64,000 nucleotides of DNA, taken from assembly GCA_043812795.1 (NCBI GenBank), contig JBDRLU010000033.1, positions 27,763 through 91,762 of the forward strand, written 5' to 3'. Source of the stretch: Chloroflexota bacterium (GTDB lineage: Bacteria; Chloroflexota; Dehalococcoidia; Dehalococcoidales; UBA2162). Of this stretch, positions 53,906 to 63,445 are shown piece after piece. Position 1 is the stretch's first letter. Each line of letters opens with the position of its first letter. Under the pieces are notes generated by a model, which saw only the letters and a program-made list of their open reading frames with translations, searched no databases and had not been told where the DNA came from. Position numbers and translations under genes: made by a program.

Positions 53906-54736
53906 TTATCCTTTTGGAGCGGCAACCGGGCAGGCGGGAGTAAGACCAGCTTCGGCAATCCGGAGCAGAGAGCTCTTACCGGATTCGGACAGCCCGAAGG
54001 TATCCAGATTCTTCTTGAGGGTATCCAAATCACCAAAGCCGCCGGCGTACCCGTTCAAGCGGGCGATTGCGGTAGAGTCCCGGAAACTTTCAGGCTCCGG
54101 GTAAATTTTGTATAAGGTATCCACCACGTCATGCCTTAGTTTCAAATAATACTTCTGGTGATAGTCCTCGGCCACATAAAAAGCGGTAAAGGGTTCGATG
54201 CCCGTGTAGACGGTCTTGCCCAGCCTTGCCTCTTCTGCCTGTCTGGACTCGATGGCGAGTTTATGCTGTTCTTCATTGGTATAAAAGATAGCCGACCGAT
54301 ATTGTTCCGAATAAGGTTGACTGGTGATATCGTGCCCGCTCCAGAAGGCGGTTAATAATTGCTGGTAAGAGACAACGGACGGGTCGTATTCAACCGCCAC
54401 GGTCTCGCTATGGTCGCCGATGTTGTAGTAAGTGGGCGCCGCCGTCGTGCCTCCGGCATACCCTACCCTGGTGCGGATAACTCCTTCGATACTCCCGAAC
54501 TGGGAGTCGGCACCCCAGAATCAGCCCAGGGCGAAATAAGCCGTCTCCACAGAGTTGTGAGGTACCGTATCCAGCAAAGGCGGCTCCAGCTTTGCCGATG
54601 GAATAGCTGAATAATCGCTGCTATTTATCGAACGCTTACATCCGAACATCGGAAAAACACTCACCAAAGTCAAGAAGACTAAAATCGATAGGCCTATTTT
54701 CCCAGACATGAGTTTGCCAACTACTTTACATATCAT
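53906..54736 (-). CDS. msrA: peptide-methionine (S)-S-oxide reductase MsrA, predicted selenoprotein (in-frame TGA at 54521-54523) with lipoprotein signal and C-terminal extension
   Basis: ORFs 54521-54736 and 53906-54400 are in one frame with a single TGA between them. The read-through is ...ETAYFALG-U-FWGADSQFGSIEGVIRTRVGYAGGTTAAPTYYNIGDHSETVAVEYDP..., and the TGA replaces the Cys of the GCFWG active site. The N-terminus is MSGKIGLSILVFLTLVSVFPMFGC. Confidence 0.7.
54491..54507 (-). promoter_or_regulatory. candidate bacterial SECIS hairpin
   Basis: On the minus strand: ACUCCC-AGUUC-GGGAGU (6-bp stem with GU in the loop), starting 13 nt after the UGA. Confidence 0.45.
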
Positions 54737-54823
54737 TATAACCTATCTCAGGTTATGCCGCAACAAGACGGATTGTGGTAGGTCCTGTTTGCATTAACCT
54801 ATCTCGGCCAAAACCGTGGAATC

Positions 54824-56032
54824 TTATTCGAAGACGCCGTCGTTGAAGAGCGCGAGGAACTCGTCCGGCGGCATGCCGAGCAACTCGCGGCAAACATACT
54901 CGGTGTGTTCGCCGAGGCAGGCGGCCGCTCTTTCTCCGACGGCCGGCGTCAGAGGCAGGCGGAACAACTCGCCGAGGTGCAGGTAATTACCCATTTCGGC
55001 GTGTTTAAGCTCCCAGAAAGTGTTGCGGGCCAGCAACTGCCGGTCCTGGACGAGGTCGCGCGGGCTATTGACGATACCCGCGGCCACGCCATGGCCTTCC
55101 AGCATTTCCATCATGGCCCCGGCGGTGAAATTGATTGTCCACTCGCCGACCAGCCTGTCCAACTCGTCCTCGTTCTTTTTTCTGGCGGCAAAGGAGGCAA
55201 AGGCTTTTCTTTTTGTCCAGGGGAGGTTGCCGGTAGCCTCGCCGAAGTTACGCCAGTCCTCTTCCGTTATTACGGAGATAGCACACCACCTATCGTCGCC
55301 CTGGCACGGGTACACGCCGTTCGGTGCCGCATCGCCGCAACGGTTGCCCTGTCTCGTTGTCTCCCGACTATTCAGGGCATAGTCCATAATCGAAGAGGCG
55401 AGGAACTGGGTGCTGGCTTCCAGTTGCGAAACATCGATGTTCTGACCGTTACCGGTCTTTTTCTTATGGATTAAGGCGGCGAGTAAGCCGCAGGCGCTCA
55501 AGGCCCCGCTGATAAAATCAGGGTAACCGCCGAAAGGCTGCACCGGCTCTCGGTCGGGCCAGCCGGTCAGGGAGGTAAAACCGGCCATGCCGACCAGATT
55601 GGTGCCCGTGCCCGAAACTCCGTTCAACGGTCCGGTCTGCCCCATCTGGCTGATACTTAGCGTGATGATATCCGGTTTTAGCTGCTTGACGTGCTCGTAG
55701 TCGAGGCCGTACCGGGCCATGATGCCGGGCGTAAAGTTATCGGTAATGACATCCCCCCATTCGACCAGCCGCCGGACGACGCGGTCAGCTTTGGGATGGC
55801 TCAGGTTAAGGGCGAGGCCGTATTTATTGGCGGCAAAAAAAGCATAATAGCCGCTGCGGTCGATGCCGGGCACATTGTCTTTGTACGGCCCGGATACCCT
55901 GAGGAAATCGGGGTGAGTGGCCGACTCGACGTGAATTACCGTGGCACCGTAGTCGGCCAGGAACTTCATCATCAGCGGCCCGGCCACGCTCCAGGTAAAA
56001 TCGACTATTTTGATACCTTCAAGGGCTTTCAT
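54824..56032 (-). CDS. family III CoA-transferase, pair 2 subunit B
   Basis: 402 aa. IKIVDFTWSVAGPLMMKFLADYGATVIHVES is most similar to the 48228-49439 product. Confidence 0.85.
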   Translation of the reverse strand: MKALEGIKIVDFTWSVAGPLMMKFLADYGATVIHVESATHPDFLRVSGPYKDNVPGIDRSGYYAFFAANKYGLALNLSHPKADRVVRRLVEWGDVITDNFTPGIMARYGLDYEHVKQLKPDIITLSISQMGQTGPLNGVSGTGTNLVGMAGFTSLTGWPDREPVQPFGGYPDFISGALSACGLLAALIHKKKTGNGQNIDVSQLEASTQFLASSIMDYALNSRETTRQGNRCGDAAPNGVYPCQGDDRWCAISVITEEDWRNFGEATGNLPWTKRKAFASFAARKKNEDELDRLVGEWTINFTAGAMMEMLEGHGVAAGIVNSPRDLVQDRQLLARNTFWELKHAEMGNYLHLGELFRLPLTPAVGERAAACLGEHTEYVCRELLGMPPDEFLALFNDGVFE

Positions 56033-56041
56033 CGCTGGCTT

Positions 56042-57277
56042 CTAGATTACACCTCTCTGTTTTAAATCGAGTAATTGTTCTGCTGACATGCCCATCTCGT
56101 CCTGGTAAATTTCGGCGTTATGTTCTCCCACGCGGGGGGCTGGACGGCGTATTTCGACAGGCTGCTCTGAAAATTTAGCGAAGGCCCGGGGGCAGGTAAC
56201 ATTGCCCAGTCCGGGGTGTTTAACGGTTGTCCAGAATTCTCTGGCTTTGAGCTGCTTATCGGCAAGCAGGTCTTTCAGTTCATAGACCGGAAAGAGCATC
56301 AGGCCTCTCTTCAAAGCCCCCTCGAAAAGTTCGGCTCTGGTGTGCCGGGCAAAGAAGGCAGTTATCGGCTTCTCGATGGCGGCCCAATCTGCGGCGGTCA
56401 CTCTGGCTAAATCGAACGAGGCCCAGTCTTTTTCTTTCAGGTAATCGGGGGCCATCTTCTCCTCGTCCATCCACTCGACCAGCGGGCGGTTGGTCTTCAC
56501 GCCCCGGGCGCCGCCGTAAATCGTCAGGGTGATGAAGCCGTCCTGACATTGCCACGTTTGTTTTTGGGTAGCCGCCGAGGTCAGCCCGGTACGGCGGTTA
56601 CCGGCACGCTTGACCAGATTGGCATTCAATGTCCAGTGGGGAATGGTATTGATGGTGACCGGCACCAGGCATTGTTGCATGGAAACATCAACGTGTTGAC
56701 CCTGGCCGCAGGTCTCCCGGTAACAGAGGGCAATCAGGGTAGCGAGAGCGGCGTAGGTGCCGGCAAACAGGTATGCCTGGGGCGGCCCGCCGACGGTCAC
56801 CGGCGGTCTATCGGCATCTCCGGTCAGCCAGGTGATGCCGCCCATACCCATTGAAGTAAGGTCGGAGGCTTTGTAGTCGCAGTACGGCCCCTCCTGGCCG
56901 AAGGGAGTAATTGAGGTGAGGATGATTTTAGGATTGTCCGCCTTGATATTGTCGTAACCCAAGCCGAGCCGGTCGAGATAGCCGGGCGGGTAGGACTCAA
57001 TGATTACATCTGAAGTTGTAGCCAGCTTGCGGAAGATAACCTGTCCTTCGGGAGTTTCAATGTCCAGGCTGATGCCTCTTTTGCTGAGGTTATAAGCAAG
57101 CCAGTATAAACTACTCTTTGAATGTCCCTTCTTACGGCTGAAGGGGCCGAGCCTTCGTGATGAGTTGCCACCAGGCTTTTCCACCTTGATGACGTCGGCG
57201 CCCATATCGCCGAGCAATTTCCCGGCGAAGCAGCCTTTTTCATCGCAAAGGTCCAAGCACCGATAGCCCTCGAGCAT
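56042..57277 (-). CDS. family III CoA-transferase, pair 2 subunit A
   Basis: 411 aa. CLDLCDEKGCFAGKLLGDMGADVIKVEKP matches the same family signature. Confidence 0.85.
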   Translation of the reverse strand: MLEGYRCLDLCDEKGCFAGKLLGDMGADVIKVEKPGGNSSRRLGPFSRKKGHSKSSLYWLAYNLSKRGISLDIETPEGQVIFRKLATTSDVIIESYPPGYLDRLGLGYDNIKADNPKIILTSITPFGQEGPYCDYKASDLTSMGMGGITWLTGDADRPPVTVGGPPQAYLFAGTYAALATLIALCYRETCGQGQHVDVSMQQCLVPVTINTIPHWTLNANLVKRAGNRRTGLTSAATQKQTWQCQDGFITLTIYGGARGVKTNRPLVEWMDEEKMAPDYLKEKDWASFDLARVTAADWAAIEKPITAFFARHTRAELFEGALKRGLMLFPVYELKDLLADKQLKAREFWTTVKHPGLGNVTCPRAFAKFSEQPVEIRRPAPRVGEHNAEIYQDEMGMSAEQLLDLKQRGVI

Positions 57278-57295
57278 ACCCTGCCCCGCTGCGTC

Positions 57296-58462
57296 CTAGT
57301 CCTTTTTGGCTGGTGGCGCCGGATATTTCACCTGACCGCCGGCCCGCGACGGTAAGATAACCGTGGCTGACCCGGGCAGAGTAACCTCGCCCCGCTGGTT
57401 TTGTGCCCAGCATTTAATATCCACCAGGTACTGGTCGCCTTCCTGGTATTTCCGGGCGACTTCACCCATTAACCACGTCGTATCGCCGACAACATTGAAC
57501 CGGCGCAGGTCGCCGCGCAGTTTCTTCAAGAAGCCGTTGTCGCCCATCCAGTTGGTTATCAGGTTAAAAAGCCAGGAAATCCGCTCGCAACCGTAGTCAT
57601 AGGCGCCGGGCAGTCCGATGGTCTGTGCCCGGCTGTCTTCCATGTGTACCAGTTCGGGCACATCGGCCAGGCCGGTCTTGGTATCAATCATATCGCTGCC
57701 GGCATGTCGCTGGAGAAATGACAGGGCTAAGCCGTGGGCCTTCATGAAAGGACTGCCGGCGCCCATCAGCCAGGCATAGATATCACGGCGGCTGAGCGGT
57801 CCTTTAACGACCGGGACTATTTTATCGCCTTCAGCGACATCTTCCCAGTAACGCGGCTTATCACCACGGATTTCTTCAGCACGATAATCGGCGTAAATTT
57901 TCTCGATGTCCTCCGGAGTGTAGGTGGCCGATTCAATATCACTATATTTCCCTTTTTCCTGGCTGGCCTGCCGGCCGGCCCGGACGCACCAGTCCAGGTC
58001 TTTGGCGACGAGTTCTCCCCGCTGGTTGTAATAGAGAATGTCATGGTACTGGATAACGGTCTTGCCAGCCATCTGACTCTGTTTTACCTGCACATCCACC
58101 ATCTCGTTGGAGTAGGTAAAAGTATCGCCTTCCAGTACCGGCTGATAAAATTCCCACTCGTCGCCGGAATGCCAGGCATGAATGCCGGGCATCCCTCTCC
58201 CCTGGGCAGCCCAATAGACGCTATACAGAAAAGCGGGCGGGGCAACCAGACGTCCGTATTTAGTCTTGCGGGCATATTCGGGGTCGGTATAGAGCGGATT
58301 ACCGTCCCCGATACCATCGCAGAAATGCCGGATAGTATCGGCGGTGGCGGCGGTGTTGAAGTAAGGCCGGCGGGGTTTCCAGACGATGCCGATTCTTTCT
58401 TTTAGCTCGGCGATGGCTTCGTCGGTGATTTGCTCATAGATTTTCTGCTTCCGTTCCGTCAT
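57296..58462 (-). CDS. double hotdog-fold (MaoC/FAS1-dehydratase-like) acyl-CoA hydratase/dehydratase
   Basis: 388 aa. The N-terminal half has IRHFCDGIGDGNPLYTDPEYA (N-terminal hotdog of acyl dehydratases), and a second hotdog-like half follows. The call is family-level only. Confidence 0.6.
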   Translation of the reverse strand: MTERKQKIYEQITDEAIAELKERIGIVWKPRRPYFNTAATADTIRHFCDGIGDGNPLYTDPEYARKTKYGRLVAPPAFLYSVYWAAQGRGMPGIHAWHSGDEWEFYQPVLEGDTFTYSNEMVDVQVKQSQMAGKTVIQYHDILYYNQRGELVAKDLDWCVRAGRQASQEKGKYSDIESATYTPEDIEKIYADYRAEEIRGDKPRYWEDVAEGDKIVPVVKGPLSRRDIYAWLMGAGSPFMKAHGLALSFLQRHAGSDMIDTKTGLADVPELVHMEDSRAQTIGLPGAYDYGCERISWLFNLITNWMGDNGFLKKLRGDLRRFNVVGDTTWLMGEVARKYQEGDQYLVDIKCWAQNQRGEVTLPGSATVILPSRAGGQVKYPAPPAKKD

Positions 58463-58562
58463 GGTCTCTCCTCCTTCGACACGGTATGCTGGTTTTAGTC
58501 TGGACTGTCCTCAGCTACGTTATCAAAAAGTCTCAGCCGAGTCAATCGGGTAACTCGCACGT

Positions 58563-59771
58563 TTACCGCACCAGGATGGTAGCCTGGCTGGCGGCGGGTT
58601 CGCCGTCAATCATGCCGCCGCTATTCTGGGCCAGAGCGGCTTTTGGCCCTTTGCCGTTATGGCCGGGTACTTGCCGGCGCCCGGCTTCGCCGCGCAGTTG
58701 CCAGACTAGCTCGGCTATCTGGGCCAGGCCGGTAGCGCCGATGGGATGGCCGCGGGCGGCCAGCCCGCCGCTGGTATTAACCGGCAGGCGGCCGGTAAGT
58801 GTAGTCGTCCCATCTTCAACCAGCCTGGGTGCATCTTCCGCCGAGCAGAAGCTACAGGCGACATACCTCATCATTTCCGCGGGCGACATGGCATCGTGGA
58901 CTTCGGCTACTTCGATGTCTTCCGGGCCGATGCCGGCCTGCTCGTAAGCCATGGTCACCGGCTCGGCATAGCCGCCGCGGAGGCCGATAAGTTTTTGCGC
59001 CTCGGCATCATCGTTCTGGGGATTACGAAAATAGTTCGACCGCAGGACGGAGGCAGCGATAGCGACCGGCGGCCTCGAAGTGAACCGGTTAGCTACGTCC
59101 TTAGCACATAAAATAGCGGCCGCGGCGCCATCGGCCATGCTTGAGCACATATATAAAGTGAGTGGGTAGCAGACGACTCTTGAGTTCAGTACCTCTTCTA
59201 TAGTCATCGGTTGCTGGAATTGGGCATGCGGATTAAGGGAGCCATTATATTTGTTTTTGACGGCTACTCTGGCAAAGTGTTCCCGGGTCCAACCGAAATA
59301 GGTCATGCACTTGCGCAGTATCATGGCATAGTTGGCCACAAAGGTGAAACCTAAATTACCCGATACCTCGACGTCACTGTTCTGTCCCATCGCCAGGAGG
59401 GCACGGGATGTATCCTCGCAAAATAGTTTCTCGGCACCAACGGCCAGGGCTACATCGTAGAGACCGGCGCCGATGGCAATCCATGCCTCACGCAGGGCGA
59501 TGGCCGAACTGGCGCAGGCACCTTCGACGTTGACCACAGGTATCCCGCTGAAACCCGAATTGTGCAGGATAACCTGTCCCCGCACTGCCTCCTGTCCGGT
59601 GGTAATCCCACCCACGGCATTGCCGACATAGGCTGCTTCAATAGCCTTGGGGTCGATACCGGCATCATGGATTGCATTCCAGATGGCCACCCGTCCCAGG
59701 TCGCTCAGGCTCTGGTCGAGGTACCTGCCGAATTTGGTCATACCGACGCCGATAAGGGCTACTTCTCTCAT
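58563..59771 (-). CDS. thiolase-domain protein (SCP-x/BbsB/DitF-type, non-acetoacetyl)
   Basis: 402 aa. It has MREVALIGVGMTKFG, the active-site region NVEGACASS and C-terminal NTSGGL...GHPIGATG. Confidence 0.85.
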   Translation of the reverse strand: MREVALIGVGMTKFGRYLDQSLSDLGRVAIWNAIHDAGIDPKAIEAAYVGNAVGGITTGQEAVRGQVILHNSGFSGIPVVNVEGACASSAIALREAWIAIGAGLYDVALAVGAEKLFCEDTSRALLAMGQNSDVEVSGNLGFTFVANYAMILRKCMTYFGWTREHFARVAVKNKYNGSLNPHAQFQQPMTIEEVLNSRVVCYPLTLYMCSSMADGAAAAILCAKDVANRFTSRPPVAIAASVLRSNYFRNPQNDDAEAQKLIGLRGGYAEPVTMAYEQAGIGPEDIEVAEVHDAMSPAEMMRYVACSFCSAEDAPRLVEDGTTTLTGRLPVNTSGGLAARGHPIGATGLAQIAELVWQLRGEAGRRQVPGHNGKGPKAALAQNSGGMIDGEPAASQATILVR

Positions 59772-59780
59772 GCTGTACCT

Positions 59781-60218
59781 CTAATGTTGGTCGACCGGCT
59801 TGAATTTCCAGCCGATAATGTCATTGCCGTGTTCATCAAATTTAATCTTACCGATAACCAGTTCCATCTCCTGTCCTATTTGCAGTGCATCCGGTTCCGG
59901 CTGGCAGCCTTCAATCAGTGTAAAAAGGCGCACTTTTTCCGGGAGAACGACGAAAGCTTGAATATAGGGTGTGGTAAAACCGGGTGGCCCCTGCATCGAT
60001 ACGGTGAAGCTCTCCAGCTTGCCTCTCGTACTCAGGTGGATTTCGCTCATCGTGTCATCCTTCATGCAGTTAGGGCAGATAGCGGCCTTAGGGAACGTGG
60101 TCAGGCCACATTCCTCACACTTACTCCCGATAAGATAAGGCCGGTCATTGGCGGATTCCGGGATATGGAACCAGCCTTCTTTTATCAGGGTAACCCTCTT
60201 CTCTGTTTTGTTGTTCAT
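59781..60218 (-). CDS. Zn-ribbon + OB-fold protein (DUF35; thiolase partner, BbsA-like)
   Basis: It has the rubredoxin-like CEECG...CPNC followed by an OB-fold region, and lies immediately upstream of the thiolase. ATG 60218 is preferred over the ORF start at 60293. Confidence 0.75.
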   Translation of the reverse strand: MNNKTEKRVTLIKEGWFHIPESANDRPYLIGSKCEECGLTTFPKAAICPNCMKDDTMSEIHLSTRGKLESFTVSMQGPPGFTTPYIQAFVVLPEKVRLFTLIEGCQPEPDALQIGQEMELVIGKIKFDEHGNDIIGWKFKPVDQH

Positions 60219-60396
60219 GGCTACTTCAAAATCACCTAATGTTATCACGTAGAATGTTTTGAGTAAACAAGAATCATCCGACCCGTACTTCATTACAATG
60301 ACAGATAGGTGCAGCAGCTATAACAAACGGAACTTACGCAGTATCCGGTAACTTCTACTGTTCCCCCAGTTTGCCTTCCGTGATAAGATATTAGTA

Positions 60397-61282
60397 ATGA
60401 GGATTGGGGCTTTTCAGTTAAACGAGCCCGTCCCCGAACTCAGGGAGCCGCACGTATTAACGATGCTACGGCCCTGGGTGGATGTCGGTAGTGTGGGGAC
60501 GCTGACGCTGGCCTGGCTGGAACGGCATTTTCAGGCGAAAGACCTGGGTCGGCTGTCCCGGCCCGGTGATTTTTTTGATTTCACCCGGTACCGGCCAACT
60601 ATCTATACGGAGGATGGGGAGCGGCGGCTGGCTATCCCTAATGCCTATATCACCTATGCCAGGCAGGAAACTGGTAACGACTTCCTCTTCGTCCATCTTC
60701 TCGAGCCTCATAACCACGGTGAGGTCTATGTCGATTCGCTGGTGCGTATCCTGACGAAGTTCGGGGCGAAAAGGTATTGCCTCATCGGGGAGCATGTACG
60801 ATTATATGCCCCATACCCGGCCGTTACTGGTGACAGGGTCGGCAGTCGGTGAGGGAGCCAGACAGGCTCTGGCCGAAATGAAAGTCGGCTCCAGCGACTA
60901 CCAGGGTCCGACGTCAATAACCGGCCTCATCACACAACGTGCACCGAGCCTGAATATGGATACGATGAGCCTTATCGTCCATCTGCCTCAATACACCCAA
61001 CTGGATGAGGACTATATGGGAACGGCGCGGGTGATGGAACTTCTCGGCCCTCTCTATCATGTGCCGGTGGATGAAGCTTACCTTAATGAAGCGGCGCGGC
61101 AGATAGAGCAGGTCAACCGGGCACTAGAGCGGAACCCGCAATTGAAAGCGGTCATCGAACAGTTGGAGAACCAGTACGAAGCGCGGACTCAACCGAAGCA
61201 GGAAACGGAAAAACCGCCGCTCTCACCGGAGATAGAAAAGTTCCTTTCGGAAATGGAAAAGCGCTTCCGCGACAATCAATAG
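60397..61282 (+). pseudogene. PAC2-family (proteasome-assembly-chaperone-like) protein, frameshifted in a G4 run
   Basis: Frame 1 gives ...LRPWVDVGSVG...FFDFTRYRP...KRYCLIG. The next frame gives (S)MYDYMPHTRPLLVTG.... The junction is at ATCGGGGAGC (60787-60790). Removing one G restores CLIGSMYDYMPHTRP. Confidence 0.7.
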
Positions 61283-61318
61283 CTAAGCCCTTCTAGCAAA
61301 TTGTAAGCACCTATATCT

Positions 61319-61354
61319 AAATCCTAAATGTTTAATATTTAGAGTTTAGGATTT
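61319..61354. terminator. hairpin between convergent PAC2 and vWA genes
   Basis: Perfect 10-bp arms AAATCCTAAA / TTTAGGATTT with a 16-nt AT-rich loop, followed by TGGATTT. Confidence 0.45.
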
Positions 61355-61416
61355 TGGATTTCTTCGGACGGGGTTGCTGCGTCTTTCCGATGAAGGACCC
61401 GCAATGACACCAGAGC

Positions 61417-63444
61417 TTACTGGATTTTCTTCTTTTTGTTGGAAATGTAGTCCACCAGCAGGTATTGCCCCAGGTTGCTGGCGTTGGTATAAAAGACCCG
61501 CCCTTTGTTGACCCTTGCCATTTGTAAGACAAAACTGCCGAAGGAACGGCCGCTCTCGAGCATAAAGGTATTGATGACGATGCCCTTGCGGGTGCAATTC
61601 TTAACTTCCCGTAGGGTTAACTGGAGGGTGCGCAGGCTGGCCGGATATTGAAAGAAAATGTTACCGGACTCGATATGGGCAGTCGGCTCTCCATCCGAGA
61701 CCATTATTATCTGCTTATTGCTCGACCGCTCTCTGGCCAGTAGATTCCGCGCCAGGTACAGGCCGTGCTGGATGTTGGTGTAAGGGTCGAATTCATCCCA
61801 GCCCAGGTAGTTAAGGTCCTCTTTCTTAATCCGGCGAGCATAGCTGGAGAAGCCGACGATATAAAGGGTGTCTTTGGGGTACTGGGTGCGGATGAGGGTG
61901 TCCAGGGCAATAGCCACCCGCTTGGCAGCTTCGAAATTACCTCGCATCGGCATCGAAAGGCTGAGGTCCAGCATCAGAACAGTAGCCGAGCGGGTCAGGC
62001 CTTCCGTTTTGTAAATTTCGAAATCATCGACGCTCAGTTTCACCGGGGGTGCCTTGGCCTCACGGTAAATAGAGTTCATGATGGTCTTTTGCAGGTTAAT
62101 ATCGAAGTCATCACCAGCTTCGTATTTGCGGGTTTCCTCTATCCTTTCCCCGCCGGTACCCTTTAGCTTCAGGGAATGCCGTCCGGTGCGGTCTTTGCGC
62201 AGTTCGGCAAAGATATCCTCCAGAGCCTTCTGGCCAAGCTTTCTCATACCGCGCGGAGTCAGTTCGTATTTGCCATCCTTGTAGCGGATGTAGCCGGCTT
62301 CCTCCAGAGCACGGGTAATATTACGTAGTTTGTCCAGTTCGTCGGCGGCTTCCTCTCCCATTAACTGCTTGACTAGGTTGTCATCCACGCCATCCAACGA
62401 ACGGTTGTGCTGCGATTCCCTGAGTTGCGTCTCCAGTTTATCCATCTGCTGAAGTGTTTCCATCAACTTAAGGGCTTCACTATAAGAAATCGGCTCATCG
62501 CCGGAAAAGGGATATTGCCGGTGTAGCCGGTCACTGGGATAAAGGGCTTCTAGATTGGCGGCAAGTTTGGCCATTTCGTACTGCGTACCGTCATCGAGCA
62601 TGGAACGCAGCGTGTTTTCCAATGCTTGCCTGTCTTCCGGCGACATGCTTTCGAGTAACGACTGTGCCTGAGCAATCTGGCTTTGTAGTTGTTCGATAAG
62701 TTCGTCCAGGTTTTTGGGGGGATTGGGGCCGAAGAACTGCCCGAATTCTCGCATGAAGCGGTCGAAATCAGGCTCTTCGCCTTTCATCCGCTGCTCAAGC
62801 ATCTGGTTGATGGCTTCAATCAGGTTCCTCATACCAGCCAAGGCGTTAGCATCCAGGTTCTGGACTTTCTGCATCAGGTCACGGCTGTATGATTCCATGG
62901 CATGTTTTTTTAGCATATCCATTAATTCCTGGAATTGCTGCCGGGCCTGGTCATCCATGAAATCGTATTGTGACAGCTCTTTTATCTTGCCGCCGATATC
63001 CGGGGGCAAGTCATCGAGCTTCTCCAGATTTTGGGCGGCCCTATCCTCGATGTTTTTGGTCAATCGCTGCTGAATTTCCGGGCTAAGCTCGCCGGAGGTC
63101 CCGGTGGCTCGTTGTCTGGTCTGTTCCAGCCGTTGCTTAATGCCAAACCGCTCGGTTCGGACGATATCGTCCAGCTTCCGGCGTATTTCATCGACGACCG
63201 AGCCCAGATTATATTTATCGAGCTGGTTTTGTTTTTTCTGGCGTAGCCGCTGGAGCAGGTCCTGAATACCGGGTAAGCGCCGCCCCGAGCTATCGCGAAC
63301 ACCCATACGTTGCATCAGGTGCATCCCGTAGGTAGGGTCGCCGTAAGTCATCAGATTACGGCCGAGTTCTTCCATTAACTGGTCGGCATCCAGTTTGAAA
63401 AAGTCCTGACTTCCATCCCATTCCGAATAACGAAACTTACCCAT
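61417..63444 (-). CDS. von Willebrand factor A (vWA) domain protein with long helical N-terminal region
   Basis: 675 aa. The C-terminal vWA has a MIDAS-like LMLDLSLSM...IIMVSDGEPTAH. Its start lies 1 nt after the stop of the upstream AAA+ gene. Confidence 0.8.
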   Translation of the reverse strand: MGKFRYSEWDGSQDFFKLDADQLMEELGRNLMTYGDPTYGMHLMQRMGVRDSSGRRLPGIQDLLQRLRQKKQNQLDKYNLGSVVDEIRRKLDDIVRTERFGIKQRLEQTRQRATGTSGELSPEIQQRLTKNIEDRAAQNLEKLDDLPPDIGGKIKELSQYDFMDDQARQQFQELMDMLKKHAMESYSRDLMQKVQNLDANALAGMRNLIEAINQMLEQRMKGEEPDFDRFMREFGQFFGPNPPKNLDELIEQLQSQIAQAQSLLESMSPEDRQALENTLRSMLDDGTQYEMAKLAANLEALYPSDRLHRQYPFSGDEPISYSEALKLMETLQQMDKLETQLRESQHNRSLDGVDDNLVKQLMGEEAADELDKLRNITRALEEAGYIRYKDGKYELTPRGMRKLGQKALEDIFAELRKDRTGRHSLKLKGTGGERIEETRKYEAGDDFDINLQKTIMNSIYREAKAPPVKLSVDDFEIYKTEGLTRSATVLMLDLSLSMPMRGNFEAAKRVAIALDTLIRTQYPKDTLYIVGFSSYARRIKKEDLNYLGWDEFDPYTNIQHGLYLARNLLARERSSNKQIIMVSDGEPTAHIESGNIFFQYPASLRTLQLTLREVKNCTRKGIVINTFMLESGRSFGSFVLQMARVNKGRVFYTNASNLGQYLLVDYISNKKKKIQ

Positions 63445-63445
63445 G

